A stretch of DNA of 58,123 bases. Source: an uncultured Clostridia bacterium. Its GTDB lineage: Bacteria; Bacillota; Clostridia; Christensenellales; CAG-1252. The stretch spans positions 1 to 58,123 of the forward strand of contig CALYRM010000004.1 of the NCBI GenBank assembly GCA_945482995.1, read 5' to 3'. Shown here in pieces: positions 39,932 to 48,140 of this stretch. Positions within the stretch are counted from its first letter, which is position 1; the number at the start of each line of letters is the position of its first letter. Under the pieces are notes generated by a model. It did not search any database. It saw nothing but the letters and a program-made list of their open reading frames with translations, and had not been told where the DNA came from. Both the position numbers and the translations under genes were made by a program.

Positions 39932-40099
39932 GAATAATTTTCTCCTGACTAATAAAACATAATATTATATTTTATTAGTTGCACGTTAGTTGTACGCGCG
40001 TGCGTGTATATATAATATATGCGTGAAAAATGACCAAGACAAAAAATAGGCAGTATCGCATTCAACAAAAAAAGAATACCGCCTAAGCAAAATCAGGAT

Positions 40100-40534
40100 C
40101 TAAATATTAAGTCTTGAATAGAATAAATAGGCACTATCTAATGAGCGTCTTACAAAAAATATTTCTTTTGAACGGCTTTCTGTAAGTCTAAAAGAATATA
40201 ACTGGAATGCAAAAAGTAGAGTTTTAAAGGCAATTAAAGCCAAAAATGCAATTGAAACCGTTCCTAAAAATACAAATGAATACGAGATAAGCATTTGCAA
40301 TGCAATATATACCGAATTGGTACCTAAAATATATTGCAATATAACTCTAATTATCTCAATGGTTCTATTTGATAAAATAGAATTTAAAAATGTTCTAAGC
40401 TCCGAGAATCGTTTGAAAAAGCACAAGAAACAAGCAAAAAATACTATTCCGATAACAACGAGGATACGGAATCGTTTAATAAGGCGATCTAAAGTCACAC
40501 TATTTTTCTTGTCTAACATCACATTTTTATCCAT
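40100..40534 (-). CDS. Small integral membrane protein, unknown function
   Basis: 144 aa with 3 hydrophobic helices and no recognisable motif. The coding status rests only on ORF length and TM pattern. Confidence 0.45.
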   Translation of the reverse strand: MDKNVMLDKKNSVTLDRLIKRFRILVVIGIVFFACFLCFFKRFSELRTFLNSILSNRTIEIIRVILQYILGTNSVYIALQMLISYSFVFLGTVSIAFLALIAFKTLLFAFQLYSFRLTESRSKEIFFVRRSLDSAYLFYSRLNI

Positions 40535-40742
40535 AAATAAACACTAAATTAAACTCAAATGCTTTTTCAGTTTAATCTCAGTATTATTATACTATAATAT
40601 ATAAAAAAATGCAATATGTTTTTAATAAAAAACACATTGCCAAAATTTCACGATAGTTGCTCGTTACCAAAAAAAATGAATTGACGATTTTGCCATCCTT
40701 TTGCCATCCATGAATTTCACCTGCCCCCACGGGGCAAATTTC

Positions 40743-40772
40743 AATGTTTGATAGCAAACGCTATCAAACATT
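40743..40772 (-). terminator. Hairpin downstream of the Wzy_C-like gene
   Basis: Perfect 13-bp stem aatgtttgatagc/gctatcaaacatt with loop aaac, 12 nt past the stop. The trailing U tract is weak (ttgaaattt). Confidence 0.5.
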
Positions 40773-40783
40773 GCGTTGCACTC

Positions 40784-42250
40784 TTAATCCATGGGCTCAA
40801 CTGTTTTTCTATATTTTTCTAACCAAGCAAAAAGTGTTTTAAATGGTCTTGCAACAAAAGCGGTACATTGTTTTTCGGGCACAGCATGCTCGATAGTAAA
40901 CGAAATACATGCTAGCATTATAAAGAATGTTGGTCCAAAGAAATTGGTATCTATCATTCCATAAGCGTCAAATAATGCGATTGAGAAAGTCAAAGCAAGA
41001 GCATAGGGCTTATTCAAAAGCGATAGTACAAGTCTATAACGCCAAACATAAAAGATTACAAAGAAGATTATACCGCAAATACCCATATTTGCCAACACTT
41101 GGAAGAACGTGGAATGATACCAATATGGAGTATAACCATCATTGGGGCCACCCTCAACTCTTTCCCCTAGACGATAATCCCAACCTGCGCCGAATATTGG
41201 CCAAGTTTTAAATGTTTGGATTGCTTGAGGATATAACCACTCAACTCGAGCACTACTATCAAAACCCCTATCTAGCAAAGATACTAAGATTGACGAAATA
41301 TACCGTCCATATTTGCCTAACAATACTATTCCTACAACAAATAGTACACATATGCTAGTACAAAACGCCATTTTATTCTCTGTCTTTATCGTTACATACA
41401 ATAGCATAATCGGTAGCGCTAAAATTGAAAATAGAATTGAGCCTCTACAACCAGTGGACAATATCAATATATACTCTAAAGCAATAATTGCAACAAATAT
41501 AGGAGTTGCCTTATTCTTTTTGATACACAACGCAAAGGTCGCAGGTATTGCCATGGATATAACCGGGGCTACGTTGTTTGCACCTGCCCAACCTAGTTTA
41601 AAGGAATGTTTATCCAATATAAAGTTTGTTAATTCTTCAATCGAATTACAACTAGTTGCAAAGAGTGTTATTAGCTCAAAGCTTGCAACAACGCCCAATA
41701 CAAACAATACCTTTATCATATAATCCATTAAATCGCTTTTTTCTTTTGCGTTTGTTACTACAAAAAAGGTATAGCTAAAAGCAATTACGGCAACTAAAAG
41801 AAAAGCTAAGAATACAGCAAGTCCATTTTCGTATGGACTACCCAATCCGCCAAGGGCAAAAGGTATGATTAACAAAATAAGGGCAAAATGAAAACCTTTT
41901 ATCTTCTTTATTCCTAATACCGACCAATCTCTTTTGAAGTATACGAGACTGAAAATAAAGCCTACTACAAGCAGTAAAACAAATGGTATTAATAGATATT
42001 TAAAATCTTGTAGTTCATGTCTATTGTCGCTTATTATACAAGTAAACAACATTAAAAAGGATAATAAATGTTTGGTATTTTTAGAAATAAACAAAGGTAG
42101 CACCGCTAAAGCTAGCATAACGCAAAGCATTGGAACCCATATTTTGTAAACCCAACCTAAAAAGGTCAAGATTGCCATCAAACAAATATAATAATCAGAT
42201 TGAACGAAGCGATCAATTACGCTAAACGCCTTTTTTATTTTTTCAGCCAT
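40784..42250 (-). CDS. O-antigen ligase / polymerase-like (Wzy_C-type) polytopic membrane protein
   Basis: 488 aa with about 12 TM helices. The central segment ILILSTGCRGSILFSILALPIML and the overall topology resemble WaaL/Wzy/PglL-family proteins. AAGGTAG lies upstream. Confidence 0.5.
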   Translation of the reverse strand: MAEKIKKAFSVIDRFVQSDYYICLMAILTFLGWVYKIWVPMLCVMLALAVLPLFISKNTKHLLSFLMLFTCIISDNRHELQDFKYLLIPFVLLLVVGFIFSLVYFKRDWSVLGIKKIKGFHFALILLIIPFALGGLGSPYENGLAVFLAFLLVAVIAFSYTFFVVTNAKEKSDLMDYMIKVLFVLGVVASFELITLFATSCNSIEELTNFILDKHSFKLGWAGANNVAPVISMAIPATFALCIKKNKATPIFVAIIALEYILILSTGCRGSILFSILALPIMLLYVTIKTENKMAFCTSICVLFVVGIVLLGKYGRYISSILVSLLDRGFDSSARVEWLYPQAIQTFKTWPIFGAGWDYRLGERVEGGPNDGYTPYWYHSTFFQVLANMGICGIIFFVIFYVWRYRLVLSLLNKPYALALTFSIALFDAYGMIDTNFFGPTFFIMLACISFTIEHAVPEKQCTAFVARPFKTLFAWLEKYRKTVEPMD

Positions 42251-42513
42251 AGCTTTCTACCTTATTTTTTCTTTTGCTCTATCCCATTATATGGGATTGT
42301 AAATGCATTATAGCATACAAGATAGTATTTGGCAAGACTTTTAACAATTTTTTAACAATTATGTAATATTTATATATCTTTTTATCGAATTTTGGTGAAA
42401 ATCATGTCATTTTTCTCTTTTTATTATCATTATTACACCGAAAAAATACATGCGTTGCGAAGTATTTATGTCAAAATGAATATTCGAGAAGACGTATGGC
42501 CATTCGGAATGAT

Positions 42514-42555
42514 AAAAAAAGCTCCCGTCCTTTTTGCATAACGAGAGTCTTTTTT
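42514..42555 (-). terminator. Probable terminator after mscL
   Basis: Imperfect stem gctcccgt/acgagagtc flanked by A7 (42514..42520) and T6. On the minus strand the hairpin is followed by U7. Confidence 0.5.
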
Positions 42556-42579
42556 ATTTAAAGCTTGTATATATTTAAA

Positions 42580-43140
42580 CTATTTGTTATTTAATTTGGC
42601 AAGAATCTGCTCAAGTAATTCAACTGTCTTTTGTTGGTTGAGTCTTGCTGCTTCAATCTTTGCTTCTTCAGCTTTTTTTGCTAATTCTGCTGCTTCTGCT
42701 TCTGCTTGTGCTTGCGCTTCAGCTTCTGCCTTTGCTTTTTCTTCTGCTTCTAGTGCAGCTCTACCTTTTTGGGTCATCTTCTTGAGCTTGTGCTTTAAGC
42801 CCTTGCCACCTTCTCTTGCTGTGTTGATAGCCTTAACGATTACAAACAAAACAAGTGCGGTTAGTAGAAAAGTGATGATTGCAGAGATAACTGCGCCCCA
42901 ATCCAATATCAATGGTTGAACAATTACGGCACCGGTTTCATCAGTAACTGCCTTTCTTAAAACTGTTTGTAATCCGGTTGTGCCAGATATTGGAATCCAG
43001 TTGATAAGTGGCTTCAAAATGTTGTTTACTAACGCTGTAACGATTGCGGTAAATGCAGAACCGATAATCATACCAACGGCAAGATCTACTGCATTGCCCC
43101 TAGAGATAAACTTTTTAAACTCATTAAACAATTTTTTCAT
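42580..43140 (-). CDS. mscL: Large-conductance mechanosensitive channel MscL with an extended C-terminal tail
   Basis: N-terminus FKKFISRGNAVDLAVGMIIGSAFTAIVTALVNNILKPLI is canonical MscL. AGGAGA lies upstream. The C-terminal ~75 aa are low-complexity (AEAEAQAQAEAEAAELAKKAEEAK). Confidence 0.9.
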   Translation of the reverse strand: MKKLFNEFKKFISRGNAVDLAVGMIIGSAFTAIVTALVNNILKPLINWIPISGTTGLQTVLRKAVTDETGAVIVQPLILDWGAVISAIITFLLTALVLFVIVKAINTAREGGKGLKHKLKKMTQKGRAALEAEEKAKAEAEAQAQAEAEAAELAKKAEEAKIEAARLNQQKTVELLEQILAKLNNK

Positions 43141-43183
43141 AAAAATCTCCTGTATGGTTCTTATATCGTTTTATTTTCGTAAA

Positions 43184-43783
43184 TTAGTAGCAAATAATTT
43201 CAGTTGCGCCAACTGCAGCGGCAAGCGAGCCGAATACGTAGAAACAAACTCCACTTTCTGCGCTCTTTACTTGTGGGATATATAATAAGCAAATTAAAAT
43301 ACCTATGACAATCGTTAGAACACTCATTATTACATTAAATGTGGTCTTTCTGGTAGTTGCGGAACAAATAAACTTAATCAACATCATTAGTCCATATACG
43401 CCAATCAAAGCACCGATAATAATTATAAACCAACTACTGATTTGACCTTGAAATACTAATAATACTATTCCAACTACTATCAACAAAAAGCCTATAAGCA
43501 TGTTCAAATAGCATTTATTCTTATCTACAGATTCACTATTCAGTTTTTTTGCATTTCCCGATACCATAAATACACCCCAAAGGATAGCAAAAATCGAACC
43601 AATTTGTAAAGCCATACTAAATGCTTGATCTTTGGTGATTATAAGCATAACTCCAACGAATGCAACAATAAAGCCTGCAAATCTAATTGCTCCATTACTA
43701 AGTGGCGCATGCTGCATTTTTTTTGATGCGCTCTTGGGAGTTTCCGGTTTTGGTGAAGACTTTGTTTTTTTACTATTAGCCAT
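43184..43783 (-). CDS. HdeD/DUF308-like small membrane protein
   Basis: 199 aa with a Lys/Ser/Pro-rich N-terminus followed by 5-6 short TM helices. GGAGGG lies upstream. The family call is tentative. Confidence 0.5.
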   Translation of the reverse strand: MANSKKTKSSPKPETPKSASKKMQHAPLSNGAIRFAGFIVAFVGVMLIITKDQAFSMALQIGSIFAILWGVFMVSGNAKKLNSESVDKNKCYLNMLIGFLLIVVGIVLLVFQGQISSWFIIIIGALIGVYGLMMLIKFICSATTRKTTFNVIMSVLTIVIGILICLLYIPQVKSAESGVCFYVFGSLAAAVGATEIICY

Positions 43784-43935
43784 AAAACCCTCCGCTAAAA
43801 TTCTTTATTTATTTTCGGAAAACACTTTAAAATAATGATTATTTTAATGCGGATTTCGAAAATTATTATAATTATACAATGCTATTTTTGAATTGTAAAG
43901 AGAAAAAACACAACAAAAAAACAAATAATCGGGGA

Positions 43936-43964
43936 TTGACAAAAGGATGTATTTATAATAAAAT
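43936..43964 (+). promoter_or_regulatory. Near-consensus sigma-A-type promoter upstream of repeat locus E and the metallophosphoesterase gene
   Basis: TTGACA (43936..43941), 17 nt, TAAAAT (43959..43964). The next plus-strand CDS starts about 470 nt downstream. Confidence 0.5.
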
Positions 43965-44023
43965 ATAGATAGTTAAAATAGATGTATTTTATCAGTTTTG
44001 CGGTATGGCTAAACCACTTTGTT

Positions 44024-44390
44024 AACGTGCAACGTGCCACCCGTGACTGTGCAATTGGTACTGTCGCTTAATCCCTATTCTCAAAAACATATTGCGTACC
44101 TCGTTTTAGAGATTTCTCGACTTCGCTCGAAATGACAAATAAGGATAAGATCCCTCGAACAACGCTTTCAGGATGACAATTAATATGGTCGTTATGGCGA
44201 AAGGGGATGAGAATCTTCGACTTCGTTGCGCTACGCTTGAGAATGACAATTTTATAACATTCGGGCGGATTGGGAATAGCAAAAGCGGATTTAGATCCTC
44301 ACGACTTCGCTCAGGATGACGATGGGTGCGGATTTAGATTCTCACGACTTCGTTGCGCTACGCTTGAGAATGACGATGGGGTTGTGTCGA
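44024..44390 (+). repeat. Intergenic mosaic repeat locus E
   Basis: Head aacgtgcaacgtgcca (44024..44039), then gagATTTCtcgacttcgctcGAAATgac and agATCCctcgaacaacgctttcaGGATgac. Two long-loop units (..cttcgacttcgttgcgctacgcttgagaatgac) follow, plus agATCCTcacgacttcgctcAGGATgac (stem arms 44295..44299 and 44313..44317). Confidence 0.85.
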
Positions 44391-44440
44391 CGTGACGATA
44401 AAAATAGTGTAAAATAAAATTTTTATAAATGGAGCATAAA

Positions 44441-45691
44441 ATGAAAGGAAACTCAGTAAAAGGCAAAAAATGTTGCGGTATTATTTTAACAATATTTGGA
44501 TCAATAGTTGGCGCCATTCTTCTTTTTGTTGCCATTTTGGCAATAATCAACGTAGCATTCTTTAATCAACATATCGACATGATTAAAGAAATTACTCCTT
44601 GCGAGGACCCGACAATAAAGCCGACGTTGAACGAAGAGACCAACACATGGACGTTTGTTACCGACGAGGAATTTAAGGTTATGCAATTAACCGACGTTCA
44701 TATCGGCGGTGGTGCTTTCAGCAAGAAACAAGATGAATCGGCTATTAATGCTGTAGCAACAATGATTCAAGCAGAAAAGCCGGATCTTGTTATTGTTACA
44801 GGCGACCTTGTTTTCCCTGTTCCATATGCAGCAGGAAGCTTAAACAACTTGAAAGAATCCGAAATATTCGCCACCCTTATGGAGCAACTAAACGTATATT
44901 GGGCAATTGTTTTCGGTAATCACGATACCGAGATATATAGCTACTATTCAAGAGAAGATCTTAGCGAATTTTACTCTCAAGACCGTTGGGAGCATTGCTT
45001 ATACCTAGAAGGAGATAAAGAGGTTGACGGATACGGTAACTACGTTATAAACGTTGAAAACACCAAGGGTATGATTACACACTCATTTATCATGATGGAT
45101 TCACATTCATATACCGACGGTGATTATTTCGGCGTTGCTTGGAAATATGATAACATTCACGAAAATCAAGTTGAATGGTATAAAAAGACAATAAACGCGC
45201 TTAATGCAAAAAATCAAGCCGCTTTTGATAACTTGGATTTGGTTGAAAAAGCAGCATACCTTGCTACAATCGGCGAAACACAACCCAAGGTAAAATCAAG
45301 CCTTTACATACATATCCCACTTGTAGAATATCTTGACGCTTGGACCGAATATGTAAATAACGATTACAAAGATACCGAAAACGTTAAAAAGATTATGGGT
45401 GAAGTAGGAGAAACCGGAAAGATGGTATACTGCGGTGTAGGCGAAGACGCTATGTTTGAAACAATGCTTGAATTGGATAGCACGAAATACGTTTTCTGCG
45501 GTCATGACCATTTGAACAACTTTGTTTTAAATTACAAGGGCATTAATCTAAGCTATGGTATGAGTATCGACTATCTTGCTTATTTCGGCATTGACAAAAA
45601 GACCGAACAACGCGGCTGTAGTATCCTTACTCTATCGAAAAACGGCAACCTAGATATTGCTCACAATAAATTGGTTGATTATCAAAAATAG
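44441..45691 (+). CDS. Membrane-anchored calcineurin-like metallophosphoesterase
   Basis: Motifs DVHIGGG, VTGDLVF, GNHDTE and CGHDHLNN, with an N-terminal TM helix. Start placed at the second ATG (44441), which has GGAG 6 nt upstream; the ORF-track start is 44429. Confidence 0.85.
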   Translation: MKGNSVKGKKCCGIILTIFGSIVGAILLFVAILAIINVAFFNQHIDMIKEITPCEDPTIKPTLNEETNTWTFVTDEEFKVMQLTDVHIGGGAFSKKQDESAINAVATMIQAEKPDLVIVTGDLVFPVPYAAGSLNNLKESEIFATLMEQLNVYWAIVFGNHDTEIYSYYSREDLSEFYSQDRWEHCLYLEGDKEVDGYGNYVINVENTKGMITHSFIMMDSHSYTDGDYFGVAWKYDNIHENQVEWYKKTINALNAKNQAAFDNLDLVEKAAYLATIGETQPKVKSSLYIHIPLVEYLDAWTEYVNNDYKDTENVKKIMGEVGETGKMVYCGVGEDAMFETMLELDSTKYVFCGHDHLNNFVLNYKGINLSYGMSIDYLAYFGIDKKTEQRGCSILTLSKNGNLDIAHNKLVDYQK

Positions 45692-45704
45692 GTAAATCTG
45701 AACT

Positions 45705-46724
45705 ATGTGCAAGAGTAAAAGCGTTGGGGGTATAATCGCTAAAACCCTACTCAGTCTATTAATTATTATTCTCGCTTTCGTGCTTGTTGTCGGACTTATT
45801 GTTCCTGCCATAAACTATTTTATAAAAGAAGACGTAAAAGTTTATGATGGACTTACAAATCCGCATATTAGCAAAGAAAGAACCTTTATTTCCGCCCATA
45901 GAGCCGGCGGAGACTTGGCTCCTGAAGAAACATTGAGTGCCTTTGAACTTTGTATGACGGACACTTCTTATTCGGTGGACGTAGTGGAGTTTGATTTGCA
46001 TATAACCAAAGACGGCAATCTGATTCTTCTTCATGATGACACCGTAAACCGCACATCGGACGCAACCGAACGCTTCGGCAAAGACGAGGTATATGCAAAA
46101 GATTTAACCCTTGCTGAACTCAAAACCTTGAACTTTGGCGAAAACTTTGTTGACCCCGATGGCAACACCCCCTACAAGGGAAAAAGAGGGGAGGATATTC
46201 CCGATAATGTCAAGGTATTGAGCTTGAAAGAAATTCTTGACTACCTCACTGCGACTAAGAGCGACCTTAATTATGTTATCGAAATAAAAGACGACGGCGA
46301 CTTGGGTAAAAAGGCAATGGATATGCTCTACAAAACGCTTGTTGAATATAACATTTTGAATCAAACCATTGTCGGAACATTCCACAACACAATAACGAAG
46401 TATATAGATGAGGCATATCCTGACGTCATTCGTAGTGCATCTATTATGGAAGTCTTAGGAATGTATTTAGGATTTTTGTTCAACGTTCAAACAAAACTCA
46501 CCTACTCATATTCCTTTGAAGTTTTGCAAATACCTGTCGGTATGTTTGTATGGGATTTTGGTGACGCAGGCTTCATCAATTATGCGCACAAACGCAATAT
46601 CGCCGTTCAATACTGGACGATTAACGACACCGAGGAAGCAGATCGTTTGAGAAAGAACGGTGCCGACTGTATTATAACGGACAACCCGAAAGCAATATAC
46701 AATCAGTTTAACGCTAAAGCGTAA
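45705..46724 (+). CDS. Glycerophosphodiester phosphodiesterase (GDPD family), membrane-anchored
   Basis: ISAHRAGGDLAPEETLSAF and VEFDLHITKDGNLILLHDDTVNRTSD are GDPD catalytic motifs. N-terminal TM helix present. Confidence 0.85.
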   Translation: MCKSKSVGGIIAKTLLSLLIIILAFVLVVGLIVPAINYFIKEDVKVYDGLTNPHISKERTFISAHRAGGDLAPEETLSAFELCMTDTSYSVDVVEFDLHITKDGNLILLHDDTVNRTSDATERFGKDEVYAKDLTLAELKTLNFGENFVDPDGNTPYKGKRGEDIPDNVKVLSLKEILDYLTATKSDLNYVIEIKDDGDLGKKAMDMLYKTLVEYNILNQTIVGTFHNTITKYIDEAYPDVIRSASIMEVLGMYLGFLFNVQTKLTYSYSFEVLQIPVGMFVWDFGDAGFINYAHKRNIAVQYWTINDTEEADRLRKNGADCIITDNPKAIYNQFNAKA

Positions 46725-46889
46725 ACTTATTATATCAAGATGCCTTGAAGTAAAGATTTTGCAATTTGAATTATTGCAAATGATAGAATGTTTTACGTTA
46801 TAGTTAATTGATGACTTAAAAGAATATTTGAGCAAAGAAAAATAGCGATATAATAAAAGCATGCGACACTTTGATTTGATATGCAATGC

Positions 46890-46918
46890 AAAAAGCCAAC
46901 TTATGGGTTGGCTTTTTT
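46890..46918 (+). terminator. Rho-independent terminator about 170 nt downstream of the GDPD gene
   Basis: Stem gccaac/gttggc extended by A/T pairs (aaaaagccaac ttatgg gttggctttttt), with a T6 tail. Confidence 0.7.
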
Positions 46919-46920
46919 GA

Positions 46921-47405
46921 TAATAAGGATGAGGTCCTCGAACAACGCTTAAGAATGACAATATGCTAAAAATGGCTTCCGTATGCTTCGCAAAAAGTCG
47001 GTGCATGTATAGAGATTTCTCCACTCCGTTAGCACTTCGCTCGAAATGACGAACAAGGATGAGGTCCCTCGAACAACGCTTTCAGGATGACGGTGAAGAA
47101 TAGATTCCTCCACGTTGGTCGGAATAACAGTACACAATAGATTCCTCCACTGCGGTCGGAATGACGATTTAGAAGGATTAGATTCCTCCACTGCGGTCGG
47201 AATGACATTTAAATGGTCGGAATGACATTTAAATGGTCGGAATGACAGTATGAACGCACAGAATGACAGTATGAACGCACAGAATGACAAACATGCACAA
47301 TCAAAGTATGTAAAATTGCACTTAAAAATAAAAATGTCGCCTACAAATAAGCGACATTTTTTGAAACATGGATGACATCCTTCTAACTTCGTTTACAGGA
47401 TGACA
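46921..47405 (+). repeat. Intergenic mosaic repeat locus F (largest array, with tandem micro-duplications)
   Basis: About a dozen units. The long unit is nearly identical to the one in locus B. Three ..agattcctccac[gt]..ggtcggaat[ga]ac units are present. atttaaatggtcggaatgac occurs twice (47207..47246) and agtatgaacgcacagaatgac occurs twice (47247..47288). One more unit lies beyond the terminator hairpin (47372..47403). Confidence 0.9.
47331..47362 (-). terminator. Terminator after mgtC (bidirectional shape)
   Basis: 10-bp stem aaaatgtcgc/gcgacatttt with a 10-nt loop and A/T runs on both sides. It lies 63 nt downstream of the mgtC stop on the minus strand. Confidence 0.75.
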
Positions 47406-47424
47406 CTTCGTTTCGTGAGAATTA

Positions 47425-48126
47425 CTAGATTTCTTCTATCCGTTCAAGACTAATTATAAAGTCGTTTTCGGAAATGATTTTGTATATTGTTTCGGCTTCT
47501 AACGTATCGTTGGTATTAATTTTGATATCCGCTTTGATTTGATCGCCATCTTTATATGTACGTATTTCCAAAAACTTTTCAACTCCAAACAGTTCTTTTA
47601 GCTTATCCAAGGTATCCGCTTCGTTCATTAGCACTATCAAATGTATCATGTGCACGGTTCTGCCGTGTAGGAATTTGAGTGGCAAGTGAAGCAATATTTG
47701 TATCAACAATACCATAAGGGTGCAGAACAATCCTAAGAAGTACATTCCTGCGCCAAGCGCCATTCCTATCCCGGCCGTTGCCCATATACCTGCTGCGGTT
47801 GTTAAACCTCTCAAGGTGTCCTTACGATATATGATAATACCTGCACCTAAAAAACCTATACCGCTGACGATTTGAGCGGCGACTCTTGCCGTATCCGCAC
47901 CTCTTATACCCTCGCCTAATACTTGGTCGGAAAAACCGTATTTGGAGATTACCATCATCAAGGCAGAAGCCATACATACCAACGTGTGTGTACGAACGCC
48001 TGCTTCCTTGGATCTCGTTTTTCTTTCGTAGCCTATAGCAAATCCTGCTATAGCTGCGCAAAAAACTCTCAATAAATAATCCGCTAAATGTCCCCAATCA
48101 TTTAGCAACCAGATATTTTCAAACAT
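47425..48126 (-). CDS. mgtC: MgtC/SapB family membrane protein
   Basis: AAIAGFAIGYERKTRSKEAGVRTHTLVCMASALMMV is the hallmark MgtC N-terminal region. The soluble C-terminal domain is also present. Confidence 0.88.
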   Translation of the reverse strand: MFENIWLLNDWGHLADYLLRVFCAAIAGFAIGYERKTRSKEAGVRTHTLVCMASALMMVISKYGFSDQVLGEGIRGADTARVAAQIVSGIGFLGAGIIIYRKDTLRGLTTAAGIWATAGIGMALGAGMYFLGLFCTLMVLLIQILLHLPLKFLHGRTVHMIHLIVLMNEADTLDKLKELFGVEKFLEIRTYKDGDQIKADIKINTNDTLEAETIYKIISENDFIISLERIEEI

Positions 48127-48140
48127 TTCTCGCCCCCTAT

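Noticed and set aside
47100-47290. Possible CRISPR array, since short direct repeats end in ggtcggaatgac / agaatgac (a similar case lies at 17295-17330)
   Set aside because: The units are 18-41 nt and directly abut one another, with no unique spacers of constant length. The repeat sequences vary. The same units are scattered singly at many intergenic loci, and no cas genes are present.
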